Virus record (IMG/VR): IMGVR_UViG_3300045051_000531
DNA: 64,000 nucleotides
Direction: 5' to 3' (one strand)
From: a virus
A program made the position numbers and the translations under genes. The notes beneath the pieces were generated by a model, which searched no databases, was not told the origin of the DNA, and saw only the letters and a program-made list of their open reading frames with translations. Positions 51,244 through 61,882 of this stretch are shown here, in pieces (within the stretch, counting starts at the first letter, position 1; every line of letters begins with the position of its first letter).

Positions 51244-52741
51244 CGATGACGAGACCAAGGCCATTCCGAAACAGACGTACAGGAAGGAGCACTACGACAT
51301 CCTGCTGGGGCAGTTGATGCGGAGCCCGACGCTCCTGCATCTCGCTGTCCAGCACCTCGAAGGACATCACTTCATAGACAAGCGGATCGGAGGGACCGTC
51401 ACGCAGTCCCTGCTGTTCGACACCATCAAGCGGTACTACACCGAGCATAAGGTGGTCCCCGATGGAGCCGTGATCCTGGCTGAGGTCAGGATCCATGTGG
51501 ACCGGTATTTCCGGGACCCTGAAAAACGGAAGCTCGTCGTCGACGAGGTCCAGCAGTTCCTGGTCCTCTGCGGACAGGTGACCGAGAAGAGCGAGCCGTT
51601 GGCCCGCAAGCTGATCCAGCAGGTCGCAGACACCTGCGTGTTCTCGGAAGCCATTGGAGCCGAGATCGCTGAGTTCCAGGAGACCGGTGGGATCGCCCAG
51701 TTCAGGCAGAAGCTCGCCGATATCGAAACCAAGCAGGCCGCCATGAATGGCGGCCTTTCTTTTAATGGGATCGTTGGGGCCGAGCTGGATGATAACGGGG
51801 CCCGGGTAAGTACCCATATTCCGTGGTTCGATAGCCGGTTCGGTGGTGGCATGGGACCCGTGGTGGGCTCCCTGATGGCCATCCTGGCTCCGCAGTCCTG
51901 CGGTAAGACCACGCTGGGGATCCAGCTGGGTGTCTGCCAGTCGTTGTCCGAGCAGCACGTCCTCTTGGTGCTCGCCGAGGAAGGGTTCTCGCTGTCCGTG
52001 CGCAGCAAGCTGATCGGCTGCGCTCTGGGCATCGACTACACCCTGATCCGTGACGCCCCGGTCCGGAAGTTCGCTGAAAAGCTGGAGCACGCGATCAGCG
52101 GGCTCAACATGGACCGCCAGTTGGTGGCACAGAAGCTGAACCGTCTGAACAAGTACTTCCACGTCCTCGACCTGGTTCAGAAGAACGTCGACGCCAACCC
52201 GCTGGAGGTCATCGAAGGTGAAATCGAGAACCTGAAGTCGCGCGGCATGATGCCGAAGTATGTCTACGTGGATTGGGCTGGCATCATCGCGGACAAGATC
52301 GCGTCGCTTTCCGGACGCACCAAGGAGCAGGAGCTCAAGACGTTGAGCTACACGCTCAGCAACATCGCTTATCGCCGCGACATCATTGTTGCGGTGAGCC
52401 AGCAGATGGCTCCGACCATCGCTTCGAAGGGGCCCTTCCAGTTGCATGACCAGTACTGCGCCGCGGACTGCAAGGGTTTCACGGAGCCCGCGAAGTACTG
52501 CTTCGTCGTTGGGCCCCAGGATACCAGGTTCAAGTACTCCACGTTCACGGTGGCCAAGAGCCGTGACGATGCCAGAGGTGACCGCTCCGTGGTGCATCTC
52601 CGTGGCGAACTCGCCACGTTTTACGACATCACCGACAAGTTCGACGTCCGCGGCAAGCGGTTCGTCGGCAAGGATAGCAAGGATAACTCCACCAAAGTTC
52701 CCAGTGAAACCCGTAAGAAAGTCGAGGATAAAGTAGAATAA
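51233..52741 (+). CDS. DnaB-like replicative helicase
   Basis: ILAPQSCGKTT, YVDWAG and VSQQ; adjacent to the primase. Confidence 0.78.
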   Translation: MRNDDDETKAIPKQTYRKEHYDILLGQLMRSPTLLHLAVQHLEGHHFIDKRIGGTVTQSLLFDTIKRYYTEHKVVPDGAVILAEVRIHVDRYFRDPEKRKLVVDEVQQFLVLCGQVTEKSEPLARKLIQQVADTCVFSEAIGAEIAEFQETGGIAQFRQKLADIETKQAAMNGGLSFNGIVGAELDDNGARVSTHIPWFDSRFGGGMGPVVGSLMAILAPQSCGKTTLGIQLGVCQSLSEQHVLLVLAEEGFSLSVRSKLIGCALGIDYTLIRDAPVRKFAEKLEHAISGLNMDRQLVAQKLNRLNKYFHVLDLVQKNVDANPLEVIEGEIENLKSRGMMPKYVYVDWAGIIADKIASLSGRTKEQELKTLSYTLSNIAYRRDIIVAVSQQMAPTIASKGPFQLHDQYCAADCKGFTEPAKYCFVVGPQDTRFKYSTFTVAKSRDDARGDRSVVHLRGELATFYDITDKFDVRGKRFVGKDSKDNSTKVPSETRKKVEDKVE

Positions 52742-53835
52742 TGCTGAATCCCCAGCTGTTCGCGGTTCTCGCGAAGAACTTCGGGGACGTCAGGGTGACG
52801 AGCGAGGGCATCAAGCGCGTCGAAGATCGCGCCCCCGGTCGGAGGCCTGTCGTCAAGGAGCGAGGCGAACACTACATGGTGTGCTGCCCGCTCTGCGGCG
52901 ATGACCGCTACCGGCTCTCGATCAGTTATCTCTGGCTCACCAAGCCGCCGCTCTCGGGGCGACGGAGATCAGAGCTGGCGCACTGCTACAACGAGGACTG
53001 CAAGGTCACCGCACCAGAGTTCTATAACGATCTCCTGCAGGATCTCCATGCTGCTGAGCTCGGGCTCCTGCAGGAGGAAGTCGACAAGGCCAAGAAGCGC
53101 GGTTCCGCTGGCCCCAGGAAGCGCGTCGCGATCAGGCTGCCGAAAGGCTTGGTCCCGCTGCACGAGCTCCGCAAGGACCACCCAGCGCTCCAGTTCCTGT
53201 GCAAGAACTACCCCGCCTTCGGTAAGGCCGGGTCTGATGTCATCGCTCAGTACCTCGGAACCCAGTACGGCGCCGCGTTCGCTGAGATGCTGGATGACTT
53301 GTACCCATTGGTGCGTGGTCGAGTCGTGTTCCCGATCTACAACGATGGCGCCCTGGTTGGTTGGCAGGGTCGCGCCATCGACGCAACCGTGGAGCCCAGA
53401 TGGCTTCTGCCGCCCGGGTTCCTGAAGACGTTTTACAACGGTGATCGCGTTGCACCGCATGAGACCCCGGTGATCTCAGAGGGGATCACCAACGCGATCT
53501 GTTCGGGTCCCCGTGGCGTCGCGATATTCGGTAAGGAGCTCAACACGATACGTGCCGAGGAGTTCGGGAAGCGGTGGAAGTCAGCGATCATAGCTACGGA
53601 TCCTGACACCTTCGTTCCTGATAATCGTAAGGGTGGTCGTGGGCGTATCTTCGCCTACGAGCTCCGCGATTTACTCGTCAAGCACGTCCCACGGGTCCGC
53701 ATGATTGCGTGGCCCAAAGAAGTCCTGGAGGCTGCCACCGTGAATAACAACGGAACTAAGACCAAGGTGCCTGACGCCGCGGATCTTGGATTCGCGGTGA
53801 TGCACAAGCTCATCGACGCGGCAGATCATGCCTAA
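52741..53835 (+). CDS. DnaG-type DNA primase
   Basis: CPLCGD...HCYNEDC zinc domain, GWQGR, and TOPRIM ISEG...ATDPD. Confidence 0.85.
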   Translation: MLNPQLFAVLAKNFGDVRVTSEGIKRVEDRAPGRRPVVKERGEHYMVCCPLCGDDRYRLSISYLWLTKPPLSGRRRSELAHCYNEDCKVTAPEFYNDLLQDLHAAELGLLQEEVDKAKKRGSAGPRKRVAIRLPKGLVPLHELRKDHPALQFLCKNYPAFGKAGSDVIAQYLGTQYGAAFAEMLDDLYPLVRGRVVFPIYNDGALVGWQGRAIDATVEPRWLLPPGFLKTFYNGDRVAPHETPVISEGITNAICSGPRGVAIFGKELNTIRAEEFGKRWKSAIIATDPDTFVPDNRKGGRGRIFAYELRDLLVKHVPRVRMIAWPKEVLEAATVNNNGTKTKVPDAADLGFAVMHKLIDAADHA

Positions 53836-56800
53836 GCAGGTAGACAACGCAGCTCTGGCCCCTGAGCACGTCGAGTACCGGAACGACAACTATCCGGAGC
53901 TCGACGACGGCCAGTTCATCGAGCAGGTCTGCTGTGGCGGTCTCGTGCTTCCCGAGATCGATGCCGGGGCCTCCTGGCACATGCCGGCCTGCTGGCTTGG
54001 TGACGAAGCCAAGGAGGCCATGTTGCCGGAGGACCGGCGCGTGCAGGAGCGTCAAAGGCTCGGCTGGCGCCCCGCGCAGTACCTCATCATCCTGGGCGCC
54101 CCGAATCAGCTCGACATCCAGCGGAAACGGGCTCTGCACCCGTTGTCCGATGGCGGCGGCTTGATGCGCGACGAGCTCAGGAGTGTCGGGATTCCGCTGA
54201 CGGCCTGCGTGGCAACCTACGTGACCAGGTTCGGGCTTCCCCGCACCGTCAGGCAGTACGCCCCGAAGCACAAAAGGGCTGGGCTGCCGTTCCTCCAGGC
54301 CGACATCCAGCACGTCAACCCGGACGTCATCATCGCCTGTGGTGCCGACGCCGTGAAGGCGCTGTACGGCAAGGACGCCAAGCTGGACACCGTGCGCGGC
54401 AACGTGTTGACCTACAACGTAAATGGCCGCGAGATCCCAGTGATCCCGACGGTGAGCCACCTCGCCTTCCTCGGTGGGTACGCCAACATCGAGGTGTTCA
54501 GGGCTGAGATGCGTCGGGCCATGGAGATCGCGAACCGTGTTCACTCTGTGAAGCGGCGCATCACGGATTACCGGATCTGCAAGACGGCTGCCGAAGTCGT
54601 CGCGCTGTGCGATGAGATCCGTGCCGCGGCGCCACCCTACATCGCCTTCGATACCGAGTTCGGCAATGACGTCGCCAGGGAGGAGTACAACTACACGCTC
54701 TCGATTCAGCTGGCCTGGGGGCCAGGGAAGGCGGCGTTCATCCAGCTCCGGAAGCAGCACCAGCGGGACTCGTTCTGGGTCACGGAGCCATTCGGAAAGG
54801 CGAAGAAGGACGGGACCAGGAAGGTCAGGACGAAGTTCATCGTGCCGGAGCCTGACTGCGGGCTTCCCATGCACAGCCCCGAGGACCTCCATACGATCTG
54901 GTCCACGGTCCAGGCGTTGCTGTTGGACAAGAAGTGGAAGCTGGCTGCACACCATCTCCGCGTCGACGTCGAGCAGTTCGCCCGTAACGGGTACCCGATC
55001 GATGAGCGTATCGAGGACAGCTACGACACCATGCTGCTGCACCATCTCCGTTACGGGGATGAGGACCAAGGTCTTGATCACGTCGTCAGGAAGTATCTCC
55101 CGGAGTTCGGGGCTTTCTGGATGGAGCTCGAGGAATGGCTCAGCGCGAACCAGCGCCAGAAGCGGCTCAAGCATGGGTACCGTGATATCCCGCTGCCGAT
55201 CATTACGCCGTACGCTCTCCAGGACGCCGATGCGACCTGGCAGGTGGTCCCCAAGGTGCTCGCCGACTTCGAGGATCACCCCGGGCTGCTGGAGCTGTAC
55301 TGGAGCCACGTCGCCCCGACCAGTCTGCACTTGCTCGATGTCGAGCGGGAAGGGCTCCTCGTCGACGAAGCCGTGCGTGCCGAGATGCACGATGCCTACG
55401 AGCCCGTCTACAACGAGCTCCTGAGCCGGCTGCGCGGCATGATCAACTGGCCGGACTTCAATCCGGGATCGTCGGACCAGATGGTGGCGCTGCTGTTCAG
55501 TGACTACCCGTACCGCGGTAAGAAGCTCCACAAGTGGGACGACGGCACCGAGCATCTCCTGCCCAAGGGGGTCCGCGGGCTCCACCTCAAGCCGCTGTAC
55601 AATACGGAGAAGTACCCGAAGCCGTGGGAGCTCATCGAGGAGGCCGGCGAGACCGACCTGCATGCCCCGTCGACCAAGGCAGCCATCCTGGATCTCCTGT
55701 ACCATCAGAATCCCGGGATGCAGGAGCTCAGGCTCCTCAAGCATCTCTCTGTGGTCGGCAAGTTCTTGAACAGTTACCTGAGGCCGCAGGAGCTCAACGA
55801 GTTCGGGGTTCCCGAGGACGGCGACGGGTTCCACTGCAACATCTGGCGTGACGGTAGGGTCCGGACGCATCTCAACCAGCTCACCGAGACCGGACGGTAC
55901 TCCTCGTACAAGGCGAACCTGCAGACCAAGCCGAAGAAGCAGGAAGCCGCTGCGTTCGCAGCTCTGGTCGACTACCAGTTCGGCATCACCGTCGAGCAGT
56001 ACGAGAAGCGCACTTTCGATGGCGAAAAGGATGACTCCGGTGCCTGGAAGAAGGGCAAGGAGCCGTACTCCGGCGCCGATCGCATCGAGTTGAAGGATCG
56101 CATCGCGGTTCCCAAGTTCGCGAAGTGCTTCATCGCGAGGCCAGGCTATGTCCTCATCGAAGCTGACTTCAAGACCGCGGAACTCTTCGTCTGGGCGTAC
56201 TGCTCAGGCGACGCCAAGCTGATCCAGGTTGTCGATACCGGGCGAGACCTGCACTCCGAGGTCGCCGCTACGGCGTTCAATCTTCCCGAGGCAGCCGAGC
56301 TGCCTGGCTGCATCGCGACGCTCAACGCCGGTGACCGCACCGCCTACGACAACTGGTGTGAACTCATCAAGCACAGGCATGGAGCCCTGCGTGTCGCTGC
56401 GAAATCGGTGAACTTCGGGGTCATGTATGGGCGCGGTGCCGCTGCCCTGATGCGCGAGATCAACAAGGTCGTCAAGACGCCGGTGACCGTACAGGACACC
56501 CAGCGTATCATCGATAGCCTCGCCAAGGGCTTTCCAGTGGCGTGGCGTTGGCTGGTCGACAACAGCGAGGACGCCATCAGGAACGAGTACATCGCCAACG
56601 CGTTCGGTCGTCGGCGGTACTTCCAGGGCGCCAACCAGATGGGTGACTTCGAGAAGGCCGCGATCCGTCGTGAGGCCAAGAACAGCCCGATTCAGGGCTG
56701 CGTCGCCGATCTGCTCGCCAGAGCTGGCTACAAGATGAGGCGGATTCTGAAGACGCTGCCGCCCGGCACGCTGGACATGCGGATCCTGTTGCCGGTCCAC

Positions 56801-57016
56801 GACGCGTTCATCTGTGAGGTCAAGTTGGAGCACGTCGCCAAGGCCATCAACCTGCTCGATCTCTGCATGTCGAAGGACAACCCGATCCCGGGGACCACAC
56901 ACAGTCTCGGTATCGACATCGAAGTTCTCCCGCACAGTTGGGGAGACAAGGGCGCCAACCCGCGTAAGCCTGGCGCCCTCAAGAAGCTAGTCGAGAAGCT
57001 CCGGGCCGCTGCATGA
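53828..57016 (+). CDS. family A DNA polymerase with N-terminal UDG-like domain and 3'-5' exonuclease
   Basis: AFDTE exonuclease motif; TETGRYSS, ADFKTAE, AKSVNFGVMYG and VHDA; N-terminal IIACGADA...IPTVSH. Confidence 0.92.
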   Translation: MPKQVDNAALAPEHVEYRNDNYPELDDGQFIEQVCCGGLVLPEIDAGASWHMPACWLGDEAKEAMLPEDRRVQERQRLGWRPAQYLIILGAPNQLDIQRKRALHPLSDGGGLMRDELRSVGIPLTACVATYVTRFGLPRTVRQYAPKHKRAGLPFLQADIQHVNPDVIIACGADAVKALYGKDAKLDTVRGNVLTYNVNGREIPVIPTVSHLAFLGGYANIEVFRAEMRRAMEIANRVHSVKRRITDYRICKTAAEVVALCDEIRAAAPPYIAFDTEFGNDVAREEYNYTLSIQLAWGPGKAAFIQLRKQHQRDSFWVTEPFGKAKKDGTRKVRTKFIVPEPDCGLPMHSPEDLHTIWSTVQALLLDKKWKLAAHHLRVDVEQFARNGYPIDERIEDSYDTMLLHHLRYGDEDQGLDHVVRKYLPEFGAFWMELEEWLSANQRQKRLKHGYRDIPLPIITPYALQDADATWQVVPKVLADFEDHPGLLELYWSHVAPTSLHLLDVEREGLLVDEAVRAEMHDAYEPVYNELLSRLRGMINWPDFNPGSSDQMVALLFSDYPYRGKKLHKWDDGTEHLLPKGVRGLHLKPLYNTEKYPKPWELIEEAGETDLHAPSTKAAILDLLYHQNPGMQELRLLKHLSVVGKFLNSYLRPQELNEFGVPEDGDGFHCNIWRDGRVRTHLNQLTETGRYSSYKANLQTKPKKQEAAAFAALVDYQFGITVEQYEKRTFDGEKDDSGAWKKGKEPYSGADRIELKDRIAVPKFAKCFIARPGYVLIEADFKTAELFVWAYCSGDAKLIQVVDTGRDLHSEVAATAFNLPEAAELPGCIATLNAGDRTAYDNWCELIKHRHGALRVAAKSVNFGVMYGRGAAALMREINKVVKTPVTVQDTQRIIDSLAKGFPVAWRWLVDNSEDAIRNEYIANAFGRRRYFQGANQMGDFEKAAIRREAKNSPIQGCVADLLARAGYKMRRILKTLPPGTLDMRILLPVHDAFICEVKLEHVAKAINLLDLCMSKDNPIPGTTHSLGIDIEVLPHSWGDKGANPRKPGALKKLVEKLRAAA

Positions 57017-57094
57017 ACCCACTGGACGTGACACGATATTCCGTACGCTCGCTCTGCTCCCAAGTCGCAACCCAACCCTTAGAAAGGGAACCAC

Positions 57095-58234
57095 ATGGCC
57101 GTACTCGGCGCTGTCGGTAAACACGAGAAGAAGAACTTCCACCAGTCCGTACTGGACCCCAACCTCCTGCAGGCCGTGAGGCCTTCGACGGAGAAGGGCA
57201 TCACGATCTTCCGGCCGATCCCGGAGGTCTCCGCGGACGGCACCATCCGTCCCATGATCCTCGGCGACACCCCGGCGGGCCCGGACTACTCCGCGATCCG
57301 CATCGAACAGGTCGTCATCAACTCCGGGCTCGACAGCCGGTTCAGCGGTCTCGCCAAGCCGAGCGATCGGCCCGATGCCGCCGAGGCCGAGATGCCCTTC
57401 CCAGGGCTCTACATCAGGCTCAAGGGCAAGCTGAACCGCAAGGACTTCGAGAAGGGCGATCCGATGAAGGATCGCATCGAGGAGCTCTTCGCGGGCGGCA
57501 TGAAGGCCCCGCTGCGACAGGTCAGCACGATGACGATGATCCAGTGCGTCGTCTTCAGGCTCAATGACAAAGAGCTCGAGAAGCCGGCGAGTCGCCAGGT
57601 CCTCTTCCTGACGTCCACGGCGGCCGAGGCGCTCAACGAGCTCTTCAAGGAGGCCCACTCCAAGGGCATCGACGTGTTCTCCCCGGAGACCGGCTGCCAG
57701 ATCATCCTGGAGCCCGAGAAGCAGCGCGGCTCCGACATGAAGTTCTTCAACGCCACGCTGGGCGAGCGGATCCCGCTGAACGTGAAGACCTGCCAGAAGC
57801 TCTGGGTGCCCTGGGAGAAGGCCCTGCGGTTCCACAAGTACGACGATCATCTCAAGGCGCTCCTGGCCGCGTTCGGGCGCGACATCGTCGAGCAGGCGTT
57901 CTCGAAGCGCGAGGTCGCCCGCGTCCTCGGTGAGGAGTTCGTCGCGGAGACCAAAGTCACCACGACGGCAGCCAAGGAGTCCTCGGGAAGGACCACGACG
58001 GTCACCACCCCGGCGTCGACCACGCCGAAGGGCGCCGTCAAGGAGCTCCAGATCGACATCGACGGTCCCCCGCAGACCATCGACGACGAAGGCGAGGGCC
58101 CCGAGGAGATCCAGGTTCCGGCGACCGAGAAGGCGCCCTCGGACGCCAACAAGGCTGGCAACGGCACCAAGCTGCCCACGGATCCCGCGGCCCTGGCTGC
58201 GCACTACGAGAGCGTGCTCGGTGGCGACGTCTGA
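57095..58234 (+). CDS. putative single-stranded DNA-binding protein
   Basis: Position between polymerase and recombinase and a low-complexity acidic C-terminus; no decisive motif. Confidence 0.35.
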   Translation: MAVLGAVGKHEKKNFHQSVLDPNLLQAVRPSTEKGITIFRPIPEVSADGTIRPMILGDTPAGPDYSAIRIEQVVINSGLDSRFSGLAKPSDRPDAAEAEMPFPGLYIRLKGKLNRKDFEKGDPMKDRIEELFAGGMKAPLRQVSTMTMIQCVVFRLNDKELEKPASRQVLFLTSTAAEALNELFKEAHSKGIDVFSPETGCQIILEPEKQRGSDMKFFNATLGERIPLNVKTCQKLWVPWEKALRFHKYDDHLKALLAAFGRDIVEQAFSKREVARVLGEEFVAETKVTTTAAKESSGRTTTVTTPASTTPKGAVKELQIDIDGPPQTIDDEGEGPEEIQVPATEKAPSDANKAGNGTKLPTDPAALAAHYESVLGGDV

Positions 58235-58307
58235 TAGGTAAAGAAAAGCGACGGTGCGCGGTAACCCCGCGCACCCGCATTTCACCTATTCGATCCAGGA
58301 GGGCCAC

Positions 58308-59594
58308 ATGGCCAAAGAGAAGAAGTCCGCTACCGCGGCTGAACCGCACGATCTCATCGCCGACCTCGTCGGCACCCTGAATCAGAAGTCTACGTCGGAG
58401 ACGGCGTGGCTTCAGGGTGACGAGGCGAACTCGTTGTGGGGCGTCCCGATCCCGTACCTGATCTTCGCGTGGCTCAACGGGAGCTGCGGAGTGATCCCAT
58501 GTCAGCGCTACATCGGCGTCTCCGGCGAGGAGAAGTCGTTCAAGTCGACACTGGTGACCGAGATCGGGAACTGGTTCATCAATGCCAGCGGGGTCCATCT
58601 GCACTGGGACTCCGAGCACAAGCTCAATAAGGGTGAGAAGAACACCACCATCGACGCCCTGACATGGTGGAATGGCATCGCCAAGAAGCGGGCCCGCGTC
58701 GTGAAGAACTGTGCCTCCATCGCGGAATGGCAGGATCTCACGACGGCTGCCATCGTGCACAACCGCACCAAGGTGAACCCGCGTCCGCCCGGCAAGCGGA
58801 TGCCTGTCCTGGTCACCGTGGACTCCCTGACTGGGCGCAGCACGGAAGGTGCCGATGCCAACATCCGTAAGGAGGGCCACGCCGAGGAGCGCGGGTACCC
58901 GGTTGCCGCGAACCAGGTCACTCAGTACCTCGAAGCGCTGAACCTGCTGGGGACCACGGTGACGGTGTCCTGGGTCCAGCACATGAAGCAGGCCATGGAG
59001 ACCGACAACTACGGTAACGCGATCTTCAAGGAGAAGGGGGCCAAGGCCTCACAGTTCGCCTGCAGCCTGCATCTTCGGGTCAGCTGCGTCCAGACGCCGA
59101 TCCGGCGTGCCGCACATCCCTCGGCGCCCTACGAGGGCACCGTTGAGGGCCACACGATCTGGATCAGCACGGCACGGACCTGCGTGGGGCCCGGGAAGCG
59201 AGCGATCCCAGTGGATCTGCTCTGGCAGTACACCAAGGATCCCGAGACCGGCCAGAATCGTCAGGTCATGTGGTTCGACTGGTACGGCGCCCTGGGTGTC
59301 ACGCTGTGCCGGATGCAGTACGACGAGAACTTTAAGCCGAAGCTCTTCGAGGGTGACAAGGAGAAGCTGAAGGCTGCTCTGAAGTTCTCGGAGGAGAAGA
59401 AGGACGTCGTGAACTGCAAGGAGCTCGGGCTCGAAGGGGTCAGCTACCACGAGTTCGGCAAGGCCATCGAGAACAACCCCGAGGTCAGGGCGCGCATCGC
59501 CGACTTCCTCGGCATCACGGCGTACCCGTCTGTCCAGGATACCGAGATCGACTTCGAAGCTGGCGACCTTGTCGAGAAGAAGTCGAAGAAATGA
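58308..59594 (+). CDS. RecA/UvsX-like recombinase
   Basis: GVSGEEKSFKST, WDSE and TVDSLTG. Confidence 0.75.
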   Translation: MAKEKKSATAAEPHDLIADLVGTLNQKSTSETAWLQGDEANSLWGVPIPYLIFAWLNGSCGVIPCQRYIGVSGEEKSFKSTLVTEIGNWFINASGVHLHWDSEHKLNKGEKNTTIDALTWWNGIAKKRARVVKNCASIAEWQDLTTAAIVHNRTKVNPRPPGKRMPVLVTVDSLTGRSTEGADANIRKEGHAEERGYPVAANQVTQYLEALNLLGTTVTVSWVQHMKQAMETDNYGNAIFKEKGAKASQFACSLHLRVSCVQTPIRRAAHPSAPYEGTVEGHTIWISTARTCVGPGKRAIPVDLLWQYTKDPETGQNRQVMWFDWYGALGVTLCRMQYDENFKPKLFEGDKEKLKAALKFSEEKKDVVNCKELGLEGVSYHEFGKAIENNPEVRARIADFLGITAYPSVQDTEIDFEAGDLVEKKSKK

Positions 59595-60094
59595 CGGAGC
59601 CTGGTGATCTCGTCGACCTCTTCGGCAAGGAGTCCGACGAGGACAAAGAGGAGCGCTTCGAGGAGTCCACCCTCAAGATGTTGTTGCAGCAGCTCGGCGC
59701 CACTCCGGCACAGGTCCGGAAGTGGCGTTACGAGGAGCCGTTCAATGTCGACTGGTTCAATGACCTCGGGGTCATGAACTCCAGGCTGTATATGAAGTTC
59801 TTCCGGCGGGTCTCCATGGTGGAACTCATCGAGACCCCGTCGAAGAGCGAGCTGGTCCAGTTCTGGATCAACAACGTGCAGCCTGGGGTTGACCCGGGTT
59901 CCGCAGCACCAGCTTTTCTGATCTACGATACCGCCCACTTCAAGGGCCGTAAGGTGTGCACCAACGTGGCGCTCCCTGACCGGGGCCACATCCATGTCGC
60001 CTATCGGACCCTGAAGCTCAACATCACCCCGTTCTCAGCGTTCTTCGCGGAACGCTACGGACCTTGCATCACAGGAGATCTCGATGCCCAATGA
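59591..60094 (+). CDS. hypothetical protein
   Basis: 167 aa, ATGA coupling. Confidence 0.6.
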   Translation: MTEPGDLVDLFGKESDEDKEERFEESTLKMLLQQLGATPAQVRKWRYEEPFNVDWFNDLGVMNSRLYMKFFRRVSMVELIETPSKSELVQFWINNVQPGVDPGSAAPAFLIYDTAHFKGRKVCTNVALPDRGHIHVAYRTLKLNITPFSAFFAERYGPCITGDLDAQ

Positions 60095-61040
60095 AGTCAC
60101 AGCCGATCAGAGGCGCTACGACGCCTTGGTCGAGAAGATCGCGTTGCAGTACCGCACCGCGGAAGCCGGCAACCTGCGCCGTTACCACACCATCGGTGAG
60201 CTCGTCTCGGAGTTCGTCGCCGGGCTGGACAGCAAGCGTTATGGTGACGCCACGATCGAAAAGCTCGCCGCTGATCTCCAGGAGCGCGGCTCCCTCGGCG
60301 ACGTCAGGGATCCCGGTCGGTTCCTGTACTGGGCCAAGAACCTCAGCGATGCCTACCCGGATTTCAAGCAGCTCGAAGCGCTGAGCCAGGTCGGCTTCAC
60401 GGTGTCCCACGCCAAGCGGATCTTCACGCTGGCCAAGGAGGTCCGTGAGGAGGTCGAGCAGGGCATGATCAAGGATGGCCTCGTGATCTCGACGCGGGAT
60501 CTCGACACCCTGATCGGCGCCGTGAACCAGCGCCGCATCGCAGCGGCCTCAGCCGCCGCTGCGGCGGAGTTCAAGGACACCAAGGATGCCGCGCCAGCAG
60601 CTCCGGGACCGCGGGTCGCCGTCGCCGCCGGCGCGGACGAGGACCTCCTCGAAGACGGTGTCGCCGGTTCTCCGCCACAGGAGCCCGCCGATGCTCCGGC
60701 GGATCCCGCTGCGGATCCCAAGGCGGGAACCGTGGGTGCCGTGGCTCAGCGGGAGCGCACCGTGGGGTCGCCTCTCAAGGTGATCTCGACGGTCGAGAAG
60801 GCGCTCACCAAGGCCAACGCTGGGCTCCCTGATGCCTTCATCGTGGTCCGCGAAGCCGCTCAGATCGGCTTCGACTCCGATGTCGCCCTGGCCAAGTACA
60901 ACGAGCACCTCAGCAACCTGAAGGCGGCGGCGAAGTCCCTGAAGGAGCCGTTGGAGGAACTGCTCAAGGCGATCGAGGGCGAGCTCGATGCGACCGCTGC
61001 CGTGGCTCCACAGGCAGCTCGGCGTACCCGGAAGCGGTGA
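60084..61040 (+). CDS. hypothetical protein
   Basis: 318 aa with RBS AGGAG. Confidence 0.65.
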   Translation: MPNEVTADQRRYDALVEKIALQYRTAEAGNLRRYHTIGELVSEFVAGLDSKRYGDATIEKLAADLQERGSLGDVRDPGRFLYWAKNLSDAYPDFKQLEALSQVGFTVSHAKRIFTLAKEVREEVEQGMIKDGLVISTRDLDTLIGAVNQRRIAAASAAAAAEFKDTKDAAPAAPGPRVAVAAGADEDLLEDGVAGSPPQEPADAPADPAADPKAGTVGAVAQRERTVGSPLKVISTVEKALTKANAGLPDAFIVVREAAQIGFDSDVALAKYNEHLSNLKAAAKSLKEPLEELLKAIEGELDATAAVAPQAARRTRKR

Positions 61041-61882
61041 TGACCGTTCCGGCGATCCCGAAGATCAAGCTGGGGGTCATCGAGGCCCGCGTCAAAGCGG
61101 TCCTCGGCGCCATCATGCAGGGCACGCCGGAGCCCTGGGATTACGCGAGGTGTCAACGGCTCGCGCTTTCGTTGCACTACATCATCGATGAACGCGATGT
61201 CCCAACGGGGCACATCTTCCAGACCTTGGTGCAGTACTGCGGTCGTCCTGTCGACCTGCGGTGGGCCGCTGTGTTGGCCTGGCAACTCGTAGCCCGCAGC
61301 TTTGAACTCAAGCTGGGAGCCCTGCAGCCCTATGAGAACCCGATCCGGGATGAATGGGTTCCCATGGAGATCTACGGGGCCACGCCGGCTCCGTGGCGTG
61401 AGGACAAGCGCGGCCAGTTGCTGACCCTGCATTGTCTCGCTGGAAGCCCGGCTGGGCACCGGCTCCGGAAGAAGTTCCCGGAGGACTGGCTTGCCTTCTT
61501 GGCGTACCGGATCGGGTACAACAGGCGGATCCAGTACGATCACGAACCCAAGGACCTCCTCGGGTTCCGGTTCTGGGGGTACCTCAAGGTCCCCAAGACG
61601 GGCGCCACCGATGAGCTCGACTTCGAGGACTGGCAGGTCGACAAGCAGACCAAGACGCACAATGTTGCCATACTTCGCCTGAGAAAACGCTTCGAGCTAG
61701 ATCTGGAAAAGGTTTCCGAGGACAACATAGAACAGTACTCTTGCCCTTTTGGGTACGACCACTACTGTTCGAGCTGTCATCGGACCGCGGCGAGCTGTAT
61801 CGCTGCTCCGAACCGGGAGCGTGTCGATGTCGGAAGACCACTCGTGGATGGAACGCCCACCGGCGATCCTGAACCCAGTTGA
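61037..61882 (+). CDS. hypothetical protein
   Basis: 281 aa; C-terminal CPFG..HYC..C....C cluster. Confidence 0.6.
   Translation: MMTVPAIPKIKLGVIEARVKAVLGAIMQGTPEPWDYARCQRLALSLHYIIDERDVPTGHIFQTLVQYCGRPVDLRWAAVLAWQLVARSFELKLGALQPYENPIRDEWVPMEIYGATPAPWREDKRGQLLTLHCLAGSPAGHRLRKKFPEDWLAFLAYRIGYNRRIQYDHEPKDLLGFRFWGYLKVPKTGATDELDFEDWQVDKQTKTHNVAILRLRKRFELDLEKVSEDNIEQYSCPFGYDHYCSSCHRTAASCIAAPNRERVDVGRPLVDGTPTGDPEPS

Noticed and set aside
62-60410. Many long antisense ORFs (e.g. 62-1702, 20761-22461, 33671-35242, 38479-40155, 44769-46742, 53810-55870)
   Set aside because: Shadow ORFs expected opposite high-GC genes with strong third-position bias; they show no motifs and lie opposite well-supported genes.
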